Below, piece by piece: positions 1 to 9,425 of a stretch of 64,000 nucleotides of DNA (within the stretch, counting starts at the first letter, position 1; each line of letters begins with the position of its first letter). Source of the DNA: an uncultured Pelagibacteraceae bacterium. GTDB taxonomy: Bacteria; Pseudomonadota; Alphaproteobacteria; Pelagibacterales; AG-422-B15. The notes beneath the pieces were generated by a model. The model made no database searches. It was not told where the DNA came from and saw only the letters and a program-made list of their open reading frames with translations. The translations under genes and the position numbers were made by a program. Location of the stretch: NCBI GenBank assembly GCA_902554325.1, contig CACDOH010000006.1, positions 150 to 64,149 of the forward strand. Direction: 5' to 3'.

Positions 1-137
1 TAAATTATTAGTTTATTTATTTAAATACTTATAGTCATTGAATTTTTTTAAATAAATAAAACTTATTCTTTAAAATTTATAATTTTAAAACAAAAAAAGA
101 AAAAAAAATTTGTTATAAGTTTATTTCTGATTAATGT

Positions 138-214
138 GCGCTCGTAGCTCAGTAGGATAGAGCACAGGATTCCTAATCCTGGGGTCGGATGTTCGAATCA
201 TCTCGAGCGCGCCA
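138..214 (+). tRNA. tRNA-Arg (anticodon CCT), CCA encoded
   Basis: Hand-folded cloverleaf. Acceptor GCGCTCG/CGAGCGC, D-arm GCTC..GAGC. Anticodon stem CAGGA/TCCTG with loop TTCCTAA (CCT). T-arm GGATG-TTCGAAT-CATCT, discriminator G, then CCA. Confidence 0.9.
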
Positions 215-226
215 ATAAAAATTTAT

Positions 227-580
227 CTAGGCTATTTCAGAACCGTTATCTACCAATTGACGCGGTTCTAAAAGTATCACTTCTTCCCTTTCATTTATGG
301 CACCTAATACTAACACTTCTGACTCGACGCCTGCAATATTCCTATTTTCAAAATTGCAAACTGCAACAATTTGCCTATTAATTAACTCATCTATTGAATA
401 ATTAGTGATTTGAGCAGAACTAATTTTTATTCCTAATTCTGGACCAAAATCAATTGATAAAACATATGCTGGTTTTCTTGCTTTTATATTAATTTCAGCA
501 GATTTAATGGTACCTGTTAAAATTTGTATTTTTTGAAAATCATCATATTTTACAATGCTTTTTTTATCTATGAGAGCCAT
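227..580 (-). CDS. csaA: tRNA-binding domain protein, CsaA-like (EMAP/OB-fold)
   Basis: 117-aa ORF. The pattern KIQILTGTI...ARKPAYVLSIDFG...IVAVCNF..RNIAGVESEVLVLG is typical of the CsaA/tRNA-binding domain family. Confidence 0.75.
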   Translation of the reverse strand: MALIDKKSIVKYDDFQKIQILTGTIKSAEINIKARKPAYVLSIDFGPELGIKISSAQITNYSIDELINRQIVAVCNFENRNIAGVESEVLVLGAINEREEVILLEPRQLVDNGSEIA

Positions 581-652
581 ATTGGCAGTTGTTTATACCC
601 TTTATTGTTTGATTCAATTTGTAATTATTTATTCAATTTGTATTTTAGCATC

Positions 653-1519
653 ATGTCAAGTTTTGATGATACAAATGAAATGAAAGCTTTTACTAAAAAA
701 GCCATGTCAATTCCTCTTTTAGCTGAAGAACGCGAAAAAGTTTTAGCTAAAAAGTGGATTGAAAAGAAGGATGAGAGTGCTCTTCACGAGCTTACGCAAT
801 CTCATATAAGATTAGTAATTGCTTTTGCAGTAAAATATAAAAATTACGGCTTAAATCTCAGTGACCTAATTCAAGAGGGTAACATTGGATTAATGAAAGC
901 TGCCGAAAGATTTCAGCTCGATAAAGAAGTTAGATTTTCTACATATGCAGGCTGGTGGATAAGAGCTTCTATACAGGATTTTGTTCTGAAAAACTGGTCA
1001 CTAGTAAGAATAGCTACGACATCAAAACAAAAAAGCTTATTTTTCAATCTAAGAAAACTAAAACATAAAATTCACCAAACTGAGCATGGTTCAATTGACT
1101 TTAGAACAGCTCAAGGAATTGCAAACGATTTAAATATTTCTACGTCCGATGTTATTAAAATGGATAGCAGAATAAGCCAAAACGACAGCTCTCTTAATCA
1201 CAAAATTAATGATGAGAGCCAAAGTGAATTCATGGAATTAATAGAGGACGAAGATGCAAGGCCCGACGACAATGTTTTCGAAAAGGATCAAGTAAATTTC
1301 AAAAAAGAACTAATTCAACGTTCCCTTGAGATACTAGATGATCGGGAAATTAGAATTATTAAAGATCGTCACTTAATTGAAGATACTAAAACTCTAGATA
1401 TTCTAGGAAAAGAACTTAAAATTTCAAAAGAAAGAGTTAGACAAATAGAAAAAGCTGCATTGATGAAGTTGAAGTCTTACATCGCGAACTCTCAAAGCAA
1501 AGATCTTCTTTTCAGCTAA
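653..1519 (+). CDS. rpoH: RNA polymerase sigma-32 factor RpoH
   Basis: Sigma-70 region 2 (QEGNIGLMKAAERF, FSTYAGWWIRASI), an RpoH-box-like segment (KQKSLFFNLRKLK) and a region 4 HTH (ISKERVRQIEKAAL). Start moved to the in-frame ATG at 653, because the track ORF start at 524 overlaps csaA. Confidence 0.9.
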   Translation: MSSFDDTNEMKAFTKKAMSIPLLAEEREKVLAKKWIEKKDESALHELTQSHIRLVIAFAVKYKNYGLNLSDLIQEGNIGLMKAAERFQLDKEVRFSTYAGWWIRASIQDFVLKNWSLVRIATTSKQKSLFFNLRKLKHKIHQTEHGSIDFRTAQGIANDLNISTSDVIKMDSRISQNDSSLNHKINDESQSEFMELIEDEDARPDDNVFEKDQVNFKKELIQRSLEILDDREIRIIKDRHLIEDTKTLDILGKELKISKERVRQIEKAALMKLKSYIANSQSKDLLFS

Positions 1520-2618
1520 ATAATTCAACAATATGTTCTCCCAAGACTAAAGAAGAAGTTAAACCAGGAGACTCAATTCCAAAAAGATTTATTAAATTCT
1601 TACTTTTGTGAATCTCCTCGCCTTGTATTATGAAATCACTCTTTCCTTCTCCACGATTTTTCAACTTTGGCCTTACCCCCGAATAGCCTTTTTTTAATAA
1701 GCCCTTATCAAAAGTAGGTATATATTTTCGAATATCATTATAAAAAGATTCAAGTCTATTCTCATCTACATCATAATTTATTTCATCAATCCATTCTACA
1801 TCTGGACCAAATCGTACTTGCATGCCAATATCTAAACCTAAATGTAAGCCAAGACTTGCTTCATTTGGTATAGGATAAATTAAGTGCCTAATATTTAAAT
1901 CTTTACTGGTCTCGAAATAATTTCCCTTAGCGAAGTATGTCTTTGGAATTAGTGTTTTATCCATGGAGGATATTGATTTGGCAACATCTTCAGCATAAAG
2001 ACCCGCTGCATTGATTAAAATTGAAGACTCAATTTTAATTTCATTATCTTCGTTAAGAACTGTTGAGACATGAACATTATTCTTTAGCTCAGATTTAATA
2101 AATTTACTATTGTAGGCAATGCTTCCTGACAGCTCTAACTCTCCTAGATATGATCTCATTAATGATGCTTGGTCAACAATGCCTGAAGATGGAACAAATA
2201 ATGCTTCCTCACATTCTACGAGCGGTTCTATCTGAGTAACATAATCTCCTGTTACTCTCTCTATTCCTTCAACACCATTATCCCCTGCTTTTTCATATAT
2301 CTCAATAAGCTTTGGGATTTCGTCTTTTGAACAGGCCACAATAAATTTACCTGTATTGACATGTGGGATTTTAAATTTATTACAATATTCATAAATACGT
2401 TTATTTCCAGGAGCACAAAATTTAGCTTTTAGTGAATTCTGATCATAATATACACCGGCATGTATCACCCCACTGTTTCTTGAACTTGTTACTGAGCCAA
2501 AAGTATTTTCTCTTTCGACAACTAATACATCCCTTCTTTCAGCGGCAAAAGTTTTAGCAATTGCCAATCCAACAACTCCCCCTCCTATTACTAATACGTC
2601 TACAAAATTATTTGTCAT
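1512..2618 (-). CDS. FAD-dependent oxidoreductase, L-2-hydroxyglutarate oxidase/dehydrogenase (LhgO)-like
   Basis: N-terminal GxGxxG (VLVIGGGVVGLA). The motif NSGVIHAGVYY..SLKAKFC..GN closely resembles E. coli LhgO/YgaF. Confidence 0.7.
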   Translation of the reverse strand: MTNNFVDVLVIGGGVVGLAIAKTFAAERRDVLVVERENTFGSVTSSRNSGVIHAGVYYDQNSLKAKFCAPGNKRIYEYCNKFKIPHVNTGKFIVACSKDEIPKLIEIYEKAGDNGVEGIERVTGDYVTQIEPLVECEEALFVPSSGIVDQASLMRSYLGELELSGSIAYNSKFIKSELKNNVHVSTVLNEDNEIKIESSILINAAGLYAEDVAKSISSMDKTLIPKTYFAKGNYFETSKDLNIRHLIYPIPNEASLGLHLGLDIGMQVRFGPDVEWIDEINYDVDENRLESFYNDIRKYIPTFDKGLLKKGYSGVRPKLKNRGEGKSDFIIQGEEIHKSKNLINLFGIESPGLTSSLVLGEHIVELFS

Positions 2619-3103
2619 GAAATTCTCTTTATCATTAATGATACTTTTTTTGTTTCATTTTCTGTAAGTTGATATCCAACGTTTTTATAGTTAAGGCTTT
2701 CATGAAATTTTTTTGATATTGGGTTTGGTGGCTCAATATTAAATTCACATGCGATTAATTGATATTCACCAATGTTTTTTTCTAAGTCTAAATATAGACT
2801 TTTTCCAATACCATTTTTCTTAAACTCATCCATAATCACAATTCTATCTATGTAAGCAAAGTTATCATACCTTCCGCTAAACCATTTATAATTTAGGCTT
2901 TTATATTCAAGTCCTGATGGTAAAACTAATAAAAAACCAGAAATGGCACCGTTAGAATTCTCAGCTATTTTGAAATATAGTTTTCTGTTAAGAAACCATT
3001 CAAATTCATCATAGGATACATAATTGACTGCTGGAATTGCAGACTTATTAATTTGTACAATCTTATCTATATCAGAATGTTTAGCATCTCTTAATGTAAA
3101 CAT
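2615..3103 (-). CDS. GNAT-family N-acetyltransferase
   Basis: 162 aa. Acetyl-CoA binding-like segment IDRIVIMDEFKKNGIGKSLY. ATGA overlap with the downstream oxidoreductase gene. Confidence 0.65.
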   Translation of the reverse strand: MFTLRDAKHSDIDKIVQINKSAIPAVNYVSYDEFEWFLNRKLYFKIAENSNGAISGFLLVLPSGLEYKSLNYKWFSGRYDNFAYIDRIVIMDEFKKNGIGKSLYLDLEKNIGEYQLIACEFNIEPPNPISKKFHESLNYKNVGYQLTENETKKVSLMIKRIS

Positions 3104-3104
3104 T

Positions 3105-3542
3105 TTAACAAGTTACATTATAATTTTTGACTAAGAGCTTTGGCATCCTTACTGGCTTAAAACTGTTTAAACTTACACAGGCGTAATCAACAAAAGAAGT
3201 AAAAATTGTTTGATCTTTATCTATATTAATAACCTGAAAAAATCTACTTAATCTGATTTTTTTATCCGTTGAAATAATCCAAGTTGAAATTGCCACTTGG
3301 TCTCCTTCAAAGAGAGATCCTTTAAAATTATTTTCACTTTTTATTACAACACAAGCACATTTCAAATCTTCATATATCTTTGGAGTAATACCTAATCTTG
3401 CTGAGTGTTTCCAGCTTACCATTTCACACCAATTTAAATAAACTTTATTGTTAACGTGACCAAGGATATCAATATCTTCTTTTGTAACAGTAAAGTCTTC
3501 GATAAACGGATTTTTATATTTCCAATTTAAATTTTCAAACAT
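3105..3542 (-). CDS. Acyl-CoA thioesterase, 4HBT/YbgC-like hotdog fold
   Basis: 145 aa. N-terminal VTKEDIDILGHVNNKVYLNW matches the hotdog thioesterase catalytic region (D..GHVNN.Y). Confidence 0.7.
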   Translation of the reverse strand: MFENLNWKYKNPFIEDFTVTKEDIDILGHVNNKVYLNWCEMVSWKHSARLGITPKIYEDLKCACVVIKSENNFKGSLFEGDQVAISTWIISTDKKIRLSRFFQVINIDKDQTIFTSFVDYACVSLNSFKPVRMPKLLVKNYNVTC

Positions 3543-3544
3543 TT

Positions 3545-4486
3545 TTAATTTCTGACCTCTTTAGGAAGTTTAAATTGAACACTTTCCTCACCAAGAGAAA
3601 CATTCTCAATATCTAATGAATAATTTTCTTGAAATTTTGATATTACATTCTCAACCAGAACTTCTGGCACAGAGGCGCCTGAGGATATTCCAATAGTTTT
3701 GCATGAGGAATAGTTGCTAACATTCAAGTTTTCAGCATTTTCTAATAAATATGAATTTAAACATCCTGCATTTTTAGCTACTTCGACAAGTCTATTGGAA
3801 TTAGATGAATTCTTAGACCCAACCACAATAAATGCATCACACTTATTTGCATACTCCTTGATCGCATTTTGTCTATTCGAAGTTGCGTAACATATATCTT
3901 CCTTAGGAGATGACTCAATATTTGGAAATTTATTACTTAGCTCAACAATCATATCTTGAGTATCGTCAACGGATAGAGTTGTCTGAGTTACATAAGCAAC
4001 CTTATCATCTTCATGAAAATTTAGTTCACTTATATCTTTTATTGTTTCTACTAAATAAATACTACCCCCTGGCAATTGACCCATCGTGCCCTCTACTTCA
4101 GGATGATTCTTATGACCTATTAAAATAATTTTAAACCCTAATTTATAAAACTTATCAGCTTGTACATGAACCTTTGTAACTAGAGGACAAGTCGCATCGA
4201 TTATTGTTTCATTATTACTTTTTGCATAATTAGTAATTTTTTTTGAAACTCCATGAGCTGAAAATATAATTGGCCTATCTTTTGGAGCATCTACAATATT
4301 TTTTAAAAAAATAGCACCTTTAGTGGTTAAATCTTCTATAACATGCTTATTGTGGACAATTTCGTGATTAACATATACTGGTTTTCCATATTTTTTTATT
4401 GCTTCCAATACAACATCGATAGCTCTTGTGACTCCTGCGCAAAACCCTCTGGGTGAAACTAAAATTATTTTCTTGCTATTATCCAT
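3545..4486 (-). CDS. ispH: 4-hydroxy-3-methylbut-2-enyl diphosphate reductase
   Basis: 313 aa. PRGFCAGVTRAI, HEIVHN, SAHGV, ATCPLVTKVH and SSNSNRL are hallmark IspH/LytB motifs, including the three Cys ligands. Confidence 0.95.
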   Translation of the reverse strand: MDNSKKIILVSPRGFCAGVTRAIDVVLEAIKKYGKPVYVNHEIVHNKHVIEDLTTKGAIFLKNIVDAPKDRPIIFSAHGVSKKITNYAKSNNETIIDATCPLVTKVHVQADKFYKLGFKIILIGHKNHPEVEGTMGQLPGGSIYLVETIKDISELNFHEDDKVAYVTQTTLSVDDTQDMIVELSNKFPNIESSPKEDICYATSNRQNAIKEYANKCDAFIVVGSKNSSNSNRLVEVAKNAGCLNSYLLENAENLNVSNYSSCKTIGISSGASVPEVLVENVISKFQENYSLDIENVSLGEESVQFKLPKEVRN

Positions 4487-4575
4487 AATGTTTTAAATTC
4501 TAAAATTAGGTATTTATTCTTCACACACCAATTTAAAGAAGGCTCCCAGATAATAATCAAGATTACCAAGTATTT

Positions 4576-6372
4576 TTAAATTCTCACTTCTTGATTATTT
4601 ATTTTCGTAAATAAGTCTGTATCAAGATTTATGTACTTATTTTCCTCTCCAGATGCAAAATATAAAGGTTCATTTACAACTTGAGGATCGAAACCTTCTT
4701 TAGCAAGATCAGTTTTTTTATACTTAAATGTTCCAGTTTTTTCTATCTCTGGACTTATGCGTATAAAAACAGGAATAGAATACTTTGGAAGCTGTTCGTT
4801 GAGATACTTGTAAAAACCATCTATATTAAAATCATCACTAGTCACAATAGATGCCATTCCTGCTCTTCCATCTTGTTTAGGAACTAATACTCCATAAACA
4901 TTTGCTTCTTTAATCCCTTTATATGCTGATATGGCCTCACTAACTTCGCTGGTTGCGACATTCTCAGATTTCCATCTGAATGTATCCCCAATTCTATCAA
5001 CAAAATAAATATATCCTTCCTTATCTTTTTTCAAAAGGTCGCCTGAAGTAAACCACCTATCACCTTTTTCAAAGACATCTTTAAGGATTTTTTTATTTGT
5101 TGCTTCTTCATTAGTATATCCCTCAAATTTACCTCTAACTGTATCATCGTCTGGAATTTGTCCAATAGCTTCGCCTGCTTCGTTGTTATCACATTCAATA
5201 CAGTAACCATTTTCACCTCTAATATGTTTCTCGTTATCCACATCAAACTTGATTATTTTAATATTCATCAGCTTCTTTAAATATGATGGTATTCTGCCAA
5301 TAGCCCCAAACCGACTATCAATATTAAATAGGTTTATATTTCCTTCAGAAGAACCGTAAAATTCAACTATATGGTTAATATTGAAACGAGACTGAACCTC
5401 TTTCCAGACATCGGGTCTAAGGCCGTTACCAAGAATTCCAGAAATATTGTGTTTTTTTTCATATTCTGAAGGCTTAGTGTTTACAAGGTACCTTAGCATT
5501 TCGCCAATATAAGTAAAATGTGTGACGTTAAATTTTACGCACTCTTCCCAAAACTTTTCAGCAGAGAATTTTCTACGTAGTACTAAACACCCACCATATA
5601 ATAATACTGAAGTTACACCTATTGCTCCTCCGGTTGCATGGTAAAGAGGGAGAACCATTAAATTTTTACTTTCAGCTGTCATATTAAGTGATTTATATTG
5701 AATTGATCCTGAGGCGATAAATCTGAAGTGGCTAAACTTTGATGCTTTAGGCATTCCAGTTGTTCCACTAGTATACACATACTGAAATGGGTCAGTACTT
5801 AATAAACCTTTTCTACATTCCCGACTTGGCCTTGATTCAGATGACAAATTGATTTCGTCATCAAAATTTTTAAAACCTTGGACATCTTTACCATACATAA
5901 ATACCTCAGGAGAACCTTCGATTTCACTCTCAGATGAAGAAAAATTATCAACTAAATCAGAATCAACAAAAACTGCATTACACTTTGATGTATTAATACA
6001 ATGTGCCAGTGATTTACCTTTTATATTTGAATTTAATAGAGCAATCGTCACGCCAACTTTTGCAAATCCATACCAAAAAATAATATACTCAGGTTTATTT
6101 TCCATTAATAACGACACTACATCTCCTGTTTTATATCCATTTTCAATCGCCCAATTAGCAATTTTATTCGCTCTATTATCTAAATCCTGATAGCTTATTT
6201 TTTGATCATCGAACTCTATAGCAATGTTGGAGGGAGTTTTAGTGCATTGTTTTTCTAGTTGATCAGCAAGAGTAATAGTTCTATCTTTATCTAACTCTTT
6301 TGATTTTCTACTAAAAAAAATAGCAAAATTTATCCATTTTAATTCTCTGTTAATTTTTTGAAAAATATTCAT
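4576..6372 (-). CDS. Long-chain acyl-CoA synthetase / fatty-acid transport protein (FATP)-like AMP-binding enzyme
   Basis: 598 aa. AMP-binding motif YVYTSGTTGMPKA, FATP-like TGDLL..D..GY.YF.DR.GDTFRWK.ENV, and an N-terminal hydrophobic anchor. Confidence 0.8.
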   Translation of the reverse strand: MNIFQKINRELKWINFAIFFSRKSKELDKDRTITLADQLEKQCTKTPSNIAIEFDDQKISYQDLDNRANKIANWAIENGYKTGDVVSLLMENKPEYIIFWYGFAKVGVTIALLNSNIKGKSLAHCINTSKCNAVFVDSDLVDNFSSSESEIEGSPEVFMYGKDVQGFKNFDDEINLSSESRPSRECRKGLLSTDPFQYVYTSGTTGMPKASKFSHFRFIASGSIQYKSLNMTAESKNLMVLPLYHATGGAIGVTSVLLYGGCLVLRRKFSAEKFWEECVKFNVTHFTYIGEMLRYLVNTKPSEYEKKHNISGILGNGLRPDVWKEVQSRFNINHIVEFYGSSEGNINLFNIDSRFGAIGRIPSYLKKLMNIKIIKFDVDNEKHIRGENGYCIECDNNEAGEAIGQIPDDDTVRGKFEGYTNEEATNKKILKDVFEKGDRWFTSGDLLKKDKEGYIYFVDRIGDTFRWKSENVATSEVSEAISAYKGIKEANVYGVLVPKQDGRAGMASIVTSDDFNIDGFYKYLNEQLPKYSIPVFIRISPEIEKTGTFKYKKTDLAKEGFDPQVVNEPLYFASGEENKYINLDTDLFTKINNQEVRI

Positions 6373-6377
6373 CTACT

Positions 6378-7196
6378 CTAAATTCCTTTATCAAGCATAA
6401 ATTTATTTAATATAATTGTATTGTCAAAATTTTTGCCAATTAATTTTTTTTTAATATACGTTACAGGCCTTATTCCATAAACACTATTAGACAAGAAAAT
6501 TTCTTTACATTTCAGTAGCTTATCAATCTTAATGCTCCTAACTGCAACCTTTTTTTTTCTAATTAAGAATTCTCTTATCGTACCATTAAGAACACCATCT
6601 GATACAGGGGGGGTGAAGAACTTATTATTCTGAAGAAAATAAATATTAGATGTGGTGCATGAACTTACATTACCAGAATTATTCGTAAGTATTGCATCAT
6701 TATATCCAGCTCGTATTGCATCGTTTTTTGCTATTATATTTTCTAGATAATTTGCAGATTTAATTTTGCTTACAAAGGATTTCTCATTTCTCTTGATATT
6801 TGAAATATCTAATGTAATTGGTTTCAGCCTCAAATCATTTTTAAGTTCAGATGATTTTACAGTAATACATGCACCCTGTTTTTCGTTTATATCTATTCCA
6901 CGTTCATTACTGACACGTGAAATTGTAATTCTTATAACAGTGGTTTTATTAGAAAGTTTATTTTTTTTTATGAGCTTGAGTATATCTTGGTATAATTTTC
7001 CCTTATCAAGAATTGCTTTTATTTTAACTAATTTTAATGATGAGATTAATCGATCTAAATGTAAATTAAAAAGTATTAAATCTTTATCTTTATATAATAT
7101 AGTCTCAAACACAGCATCTCCTAACAAATAACCTCTATCTTCAATCGATATAATATTTTTATTTCTTGTTAGCTTTCCATTATTTAAAATATACAT
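6378..7196 (-). CDS. pabC: Aminodeoxychorismate lyase / class IV aminotransferase
   Basis: 272 aa with fold-type IV PLP enzyme features (GD.VFET, SKIKSANYLENI, GTIRE). Sits immediately downstream of pabB. Confidence 0.7.
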   Translation of the reverse strand: MYILNNGKLTRNKNIISIEDRGYLLGDAVFETILYKDKDLILFNLHLDRLISSLKLVKIKAILDKGKLYQDILKLIKKNKLSNKTTVIRITISRVSNERGIDINEKQGACITVKSSELKNDLRLKPITLDISNIKRNEKSFVSKIKSANYLENIIAKNDAIRAGYNDAILTNNSGNVSSCTTSNIYFLQNNKFFTPPVSDGVLNGTIREFLIRKKKVAVRSIKIDKLLKCKEIFLSNSVYGIRPVTYIKKKLIGKNFDNTIILNKFMLDKGI

Positions 7197-7199
7197 AAG

Positions 7200-8633
7200 T
7201 TAGTTAGCCAATACGTGTTTATGCTCATTTGTTTTTTTATTTATTTTCTTTTTGATAATATTTGAAATCTTTTGAATTGATTCATTATATTCATCGTAAG
7301 GTAAAGAGTCTGAAACTATTCCACCACCACAGCCAATAGTTAAGTAGTTATCTTTTATTGTCATTGTTCTTATAGGAATATTGAAATCAGCATTTCCATT
7401 AAATGAGATATATCCTATAGCTCCACAATATACTCCTCTTTTACTATTTTCTAATTCTGAAATGATTTCCATGGCTCTTATCTTTGGTGCGCCTGTTATC
7501 GATCCTCCAGGCAATATCGAAAGCAACAAATCAATAATATTTAATTCCTTTTTGATGGAACTTTTTATGGTTGATACAAGGTGGTGTACGTTTTTATAAG
7601 ACTTAATCTTTGCTAGTTCAGTCACTTTTACTGATCCCCTCTCACTTACTCTTGATATATCATTACGCAATACATCAACAATCATTAAATTTTCTGCAAG
7701 ATTTTTCTTACTGTTTTGCAAATGGCTTTTTAAATCTCGATCTTGCTGCTCGTTATTGCCTCTTTTTATGGTACCCTTGATTGGAGATGTTGTAATCTCG
7801 TCATCTTGTAATTTAATTAATCTCTCAGGTGAATAAGAACAAACCGTAAGATCATCAAAATTTAAAAATGCTGAAAACGGTGTTGCAGTTTTATCTCTAT
7901 AATTCAAATATATTTCAAGAGATGTTAAATTTCTTTTATTATTTGAAAAAAATTTATGAGTGTAATTGGCTTGAAAAATGTCACCCTGATTTATGTATGA
8001 GATGATTTTCTTTATATTCTTTATATAATTTTGTTTAGTTATTTCTGGTTTCCAAGAATCTTTGTGTTCAATGGATCTTGTTGCTGAAATATAGGGTACT
8101 TTGTAAATTGATAATAATTTATTTCTTCTGTTAGTGTGCGAAGATTCATTTTTATTTAGTTTAAGATGATCCAGATTAAGAGAAAATAAATATGATTTTT
8201 TTAGTTTCAAATCAAATGCAAAAACAAAATCATATAAGCCAAAAATCGAATCAAATGCTGAATTGTCTTTTTTTGATATCTGTTTTATTTTCTCTATATT
8301 TAAACAAGTATCATATGTAATATATCCTGCTAATCCGCATTGAAAGTCAGGTAAATATTTTCTTTTATTATGTTTTGTTTTATTAATAAGATTATTTAGG
8401 AAACGCTTTTTAGAAATTTTTATTAGTTTATCATTTTCGTATAACTTATTTTTTTTTAATTTATAGATACATAGTGGATCTACTGCTAAATAGGTATACC
8501 GATTGTCTTTTGAAAACTCACCAGCACTATCTAAGAGTATCTGATTAGTAAACGTTTCAAATTTTTTAATAACATCGGTTGGTTCCAAATATTTTAATTT
8601 TTGTACTCGAAGTTTATTATTCTTTATTTCCAT
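7200..8633 (-). CDS. pabB: Aminodeoxychorismate synthase component I
   Basis: Chorismate-binding enzyme motifs (SPERL, ENLMIVDVLRND, GGSITGAPK, RG.YCGAIGY, IRT). Start set at the ATG at 8633. The 30 codons upstream in the track ORF are the antisense translation of tRNA-Leu. Confidence 0.85.
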   Translation of the reverse strand: MEIKNNKLRVQKLKYLEPTDVIKKFETFTNQILLDSAGEFSKDNRYTYLAVDPLCIYKLKKNKLYENDKLIKISKKRFLNNLINKTKHNKRKYLPDFQCGLAGYITYDTCLNIEKIKQISKKDNSAFDSIFGLYDFVFAFDLKLKKSYLFSLNLDHLKLNKNESSHTNRRNKLLSIYKVPYISATRSIEHKDSWKPEITKQNYIKNIKKIISYINQGDIFQANYTHKFFSNNKRNLTSLEIYLNYRDKTATPFSAFLNFDDLTVCSYSPERLIKLQDDEITTSPIKGTIKRGNNEQQDRDLKSHLQNSKKNLAENLMIVDVLRNDISRVSERGSVKVTELAKIKSYKNVHHLVSTIKSSIKKELNIIDLLLSILPGGSITGAPKIRAMEIISELENSKRGVYCGAIGYISFNGNADFNIPIRTMTIKDNYLTIGCGGGIVSDSLPYDEYNESIQKISNIIKKKINKKTNEHKHVLAN

Positions 8634-8644
8634 ATTACTATTCT

Positions 8645-8729
8645 TGGTAGGGATATCCGGAGTCGAACCGGAACGCCCGAAGGCACCAGATTTTGAGTCT
8701 GGCGCGTCTACCAATTCCGCCATATCCCC
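8645..8729 (-). tRNA. tRNA-Leu (anticodon CAA), long variable arm, CCA encoded
   Basis: The reverse complement reads GGGGATA-TG-GCGGAATTGGTAGACGC-GCCAGACTCAAAATCTGGT-GCCTTCGGGCGT-TCCGGTTCGACTCCGGA-TATCCCT-A-CCA. Anticodon loop is CTCAAAA. This is a class II tRNA architecture. Confidence 0.9.
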
Positions 8730-8818
8730 ATTCTATAAATTATTCTTTAAACCATTATTATAATGAATAAGAGCCTAAAGTTATTATGTATGTTAATATA
8801 TGTATATTACCATAAATT

Positions 8819-9418
8819 ATGTTAAACACTACTTATCAAAAATTTAAGCTATATTTCGTCTCTAAAACTTTACAGTTCTCTAATAGTCCGCTCGCGTATC
8901 CTTTTCTATTTGTAATTTGCTTAATAGAAGCAATCATATTTCCATTGCCTCAAGAAATTATTATGATTCCGATGATGGCAGTCAATAAAGCTAAGATTTA
9001 TATGATTGCATTCGTTTGCCTTACTGGCTCTTTAGCGGGTGCTGTTATTGCATATTTCATTGGACTGTTTCTATTTGAAAGCCTTGGCATGCTTATACTT
9101 GAAACGTTACATATGAATAACGCTTTCTATGATTTTGTAAGCGATATTGAACAATATGGTTTTTTATATGTCTTTATTGGGGGCTTTACACCTTTACCCT
9201 TTAAAGTTGTAACTTTATCAAGCGGCTTCCTAAACATAAATTTTTTGATATTTATTCTTGCTTGCATTATATCAAGATCAATAAGGTTTTTTTTGATCGG
9301 TTTTTTAATTAAGACATATGGTGAGCAAGTAATACGTGAATTTGAGAAAAGATTAACTCTTTATTCAATTTTTTTTATAATAATAATATTATTAATTATA
9401 TTTTATATAAGCACTTGA
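8819..9418 (+). CDS. DedA/YqaA-family (SNARE-associated) inner-membrane protein
   Basis: 199 aa, multi-TM. The segment EAIIFPLPQEIIMIPM resembles the YqaA/DedA re-entrant helix motif. Confidence 0.6.
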   Translation: MLNTTYQKFKLYFVSKTLQFSNSPLAYPFLFVICLIEAIIFPLPQEIIMIPMMAVNKAKIYMIAFVCLTGSLAGAVIAYFIGLFLFESLGMLILETLHMNNAFYDFVSDIEQYGFLYVFIGGFTPLPFKVVTLSSGFLNINFLIFILACIISRSIRFFLIGFLIKTYGEQVIREFEKRLTLYSIFFIIIILLIIFYIST

Positions 9419-9425
9419 TTAAATT

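Noticed and set aside
524-652. N-terminal 43-codon extension of the rpoH ORF in the six-frame track
   Set aside because: It overlaps the csaA coding region on the other strand and encodes hydrophobic low-complexity sequence unlike any sigma factor N-terminus. The in-frame ATG at 653 gives a normal RpoH.
6607-6613. G7 homopolymer (C7 on the coding strand, encoding Pro-Pro in pabC), unusual for AT-rich DNA, considered as a phase-variation tract
   Set aside because: It is a single short tract in a biosynthetic housekeeping gene. The frame is intact, and 7 nt is below lengths usually associated with slipped-strand switching.
8634-8723. ORF extension MAELVDAPDSKSGAFGRSGSTPDIPTKNSN fused to pabB
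   Set aside because: This peptide is the well-known artefactual translation through a tRNA-Leu gene. The DNA folds into a complete class II tRNA on the same strand.
8800-8827. dif-like sequence: TTATGTTAAAC resembles the XerD-binding arm TTATGTTAAAT
   Set aside because: The putative XerC arm and central region do not fit (no CATAA inner end). The match overlaps the dedA/yqaA start codon. A 10-of-11 match to an A/T-rich 11-mer is expected by chance about once in an AT-rich 64-kb window.
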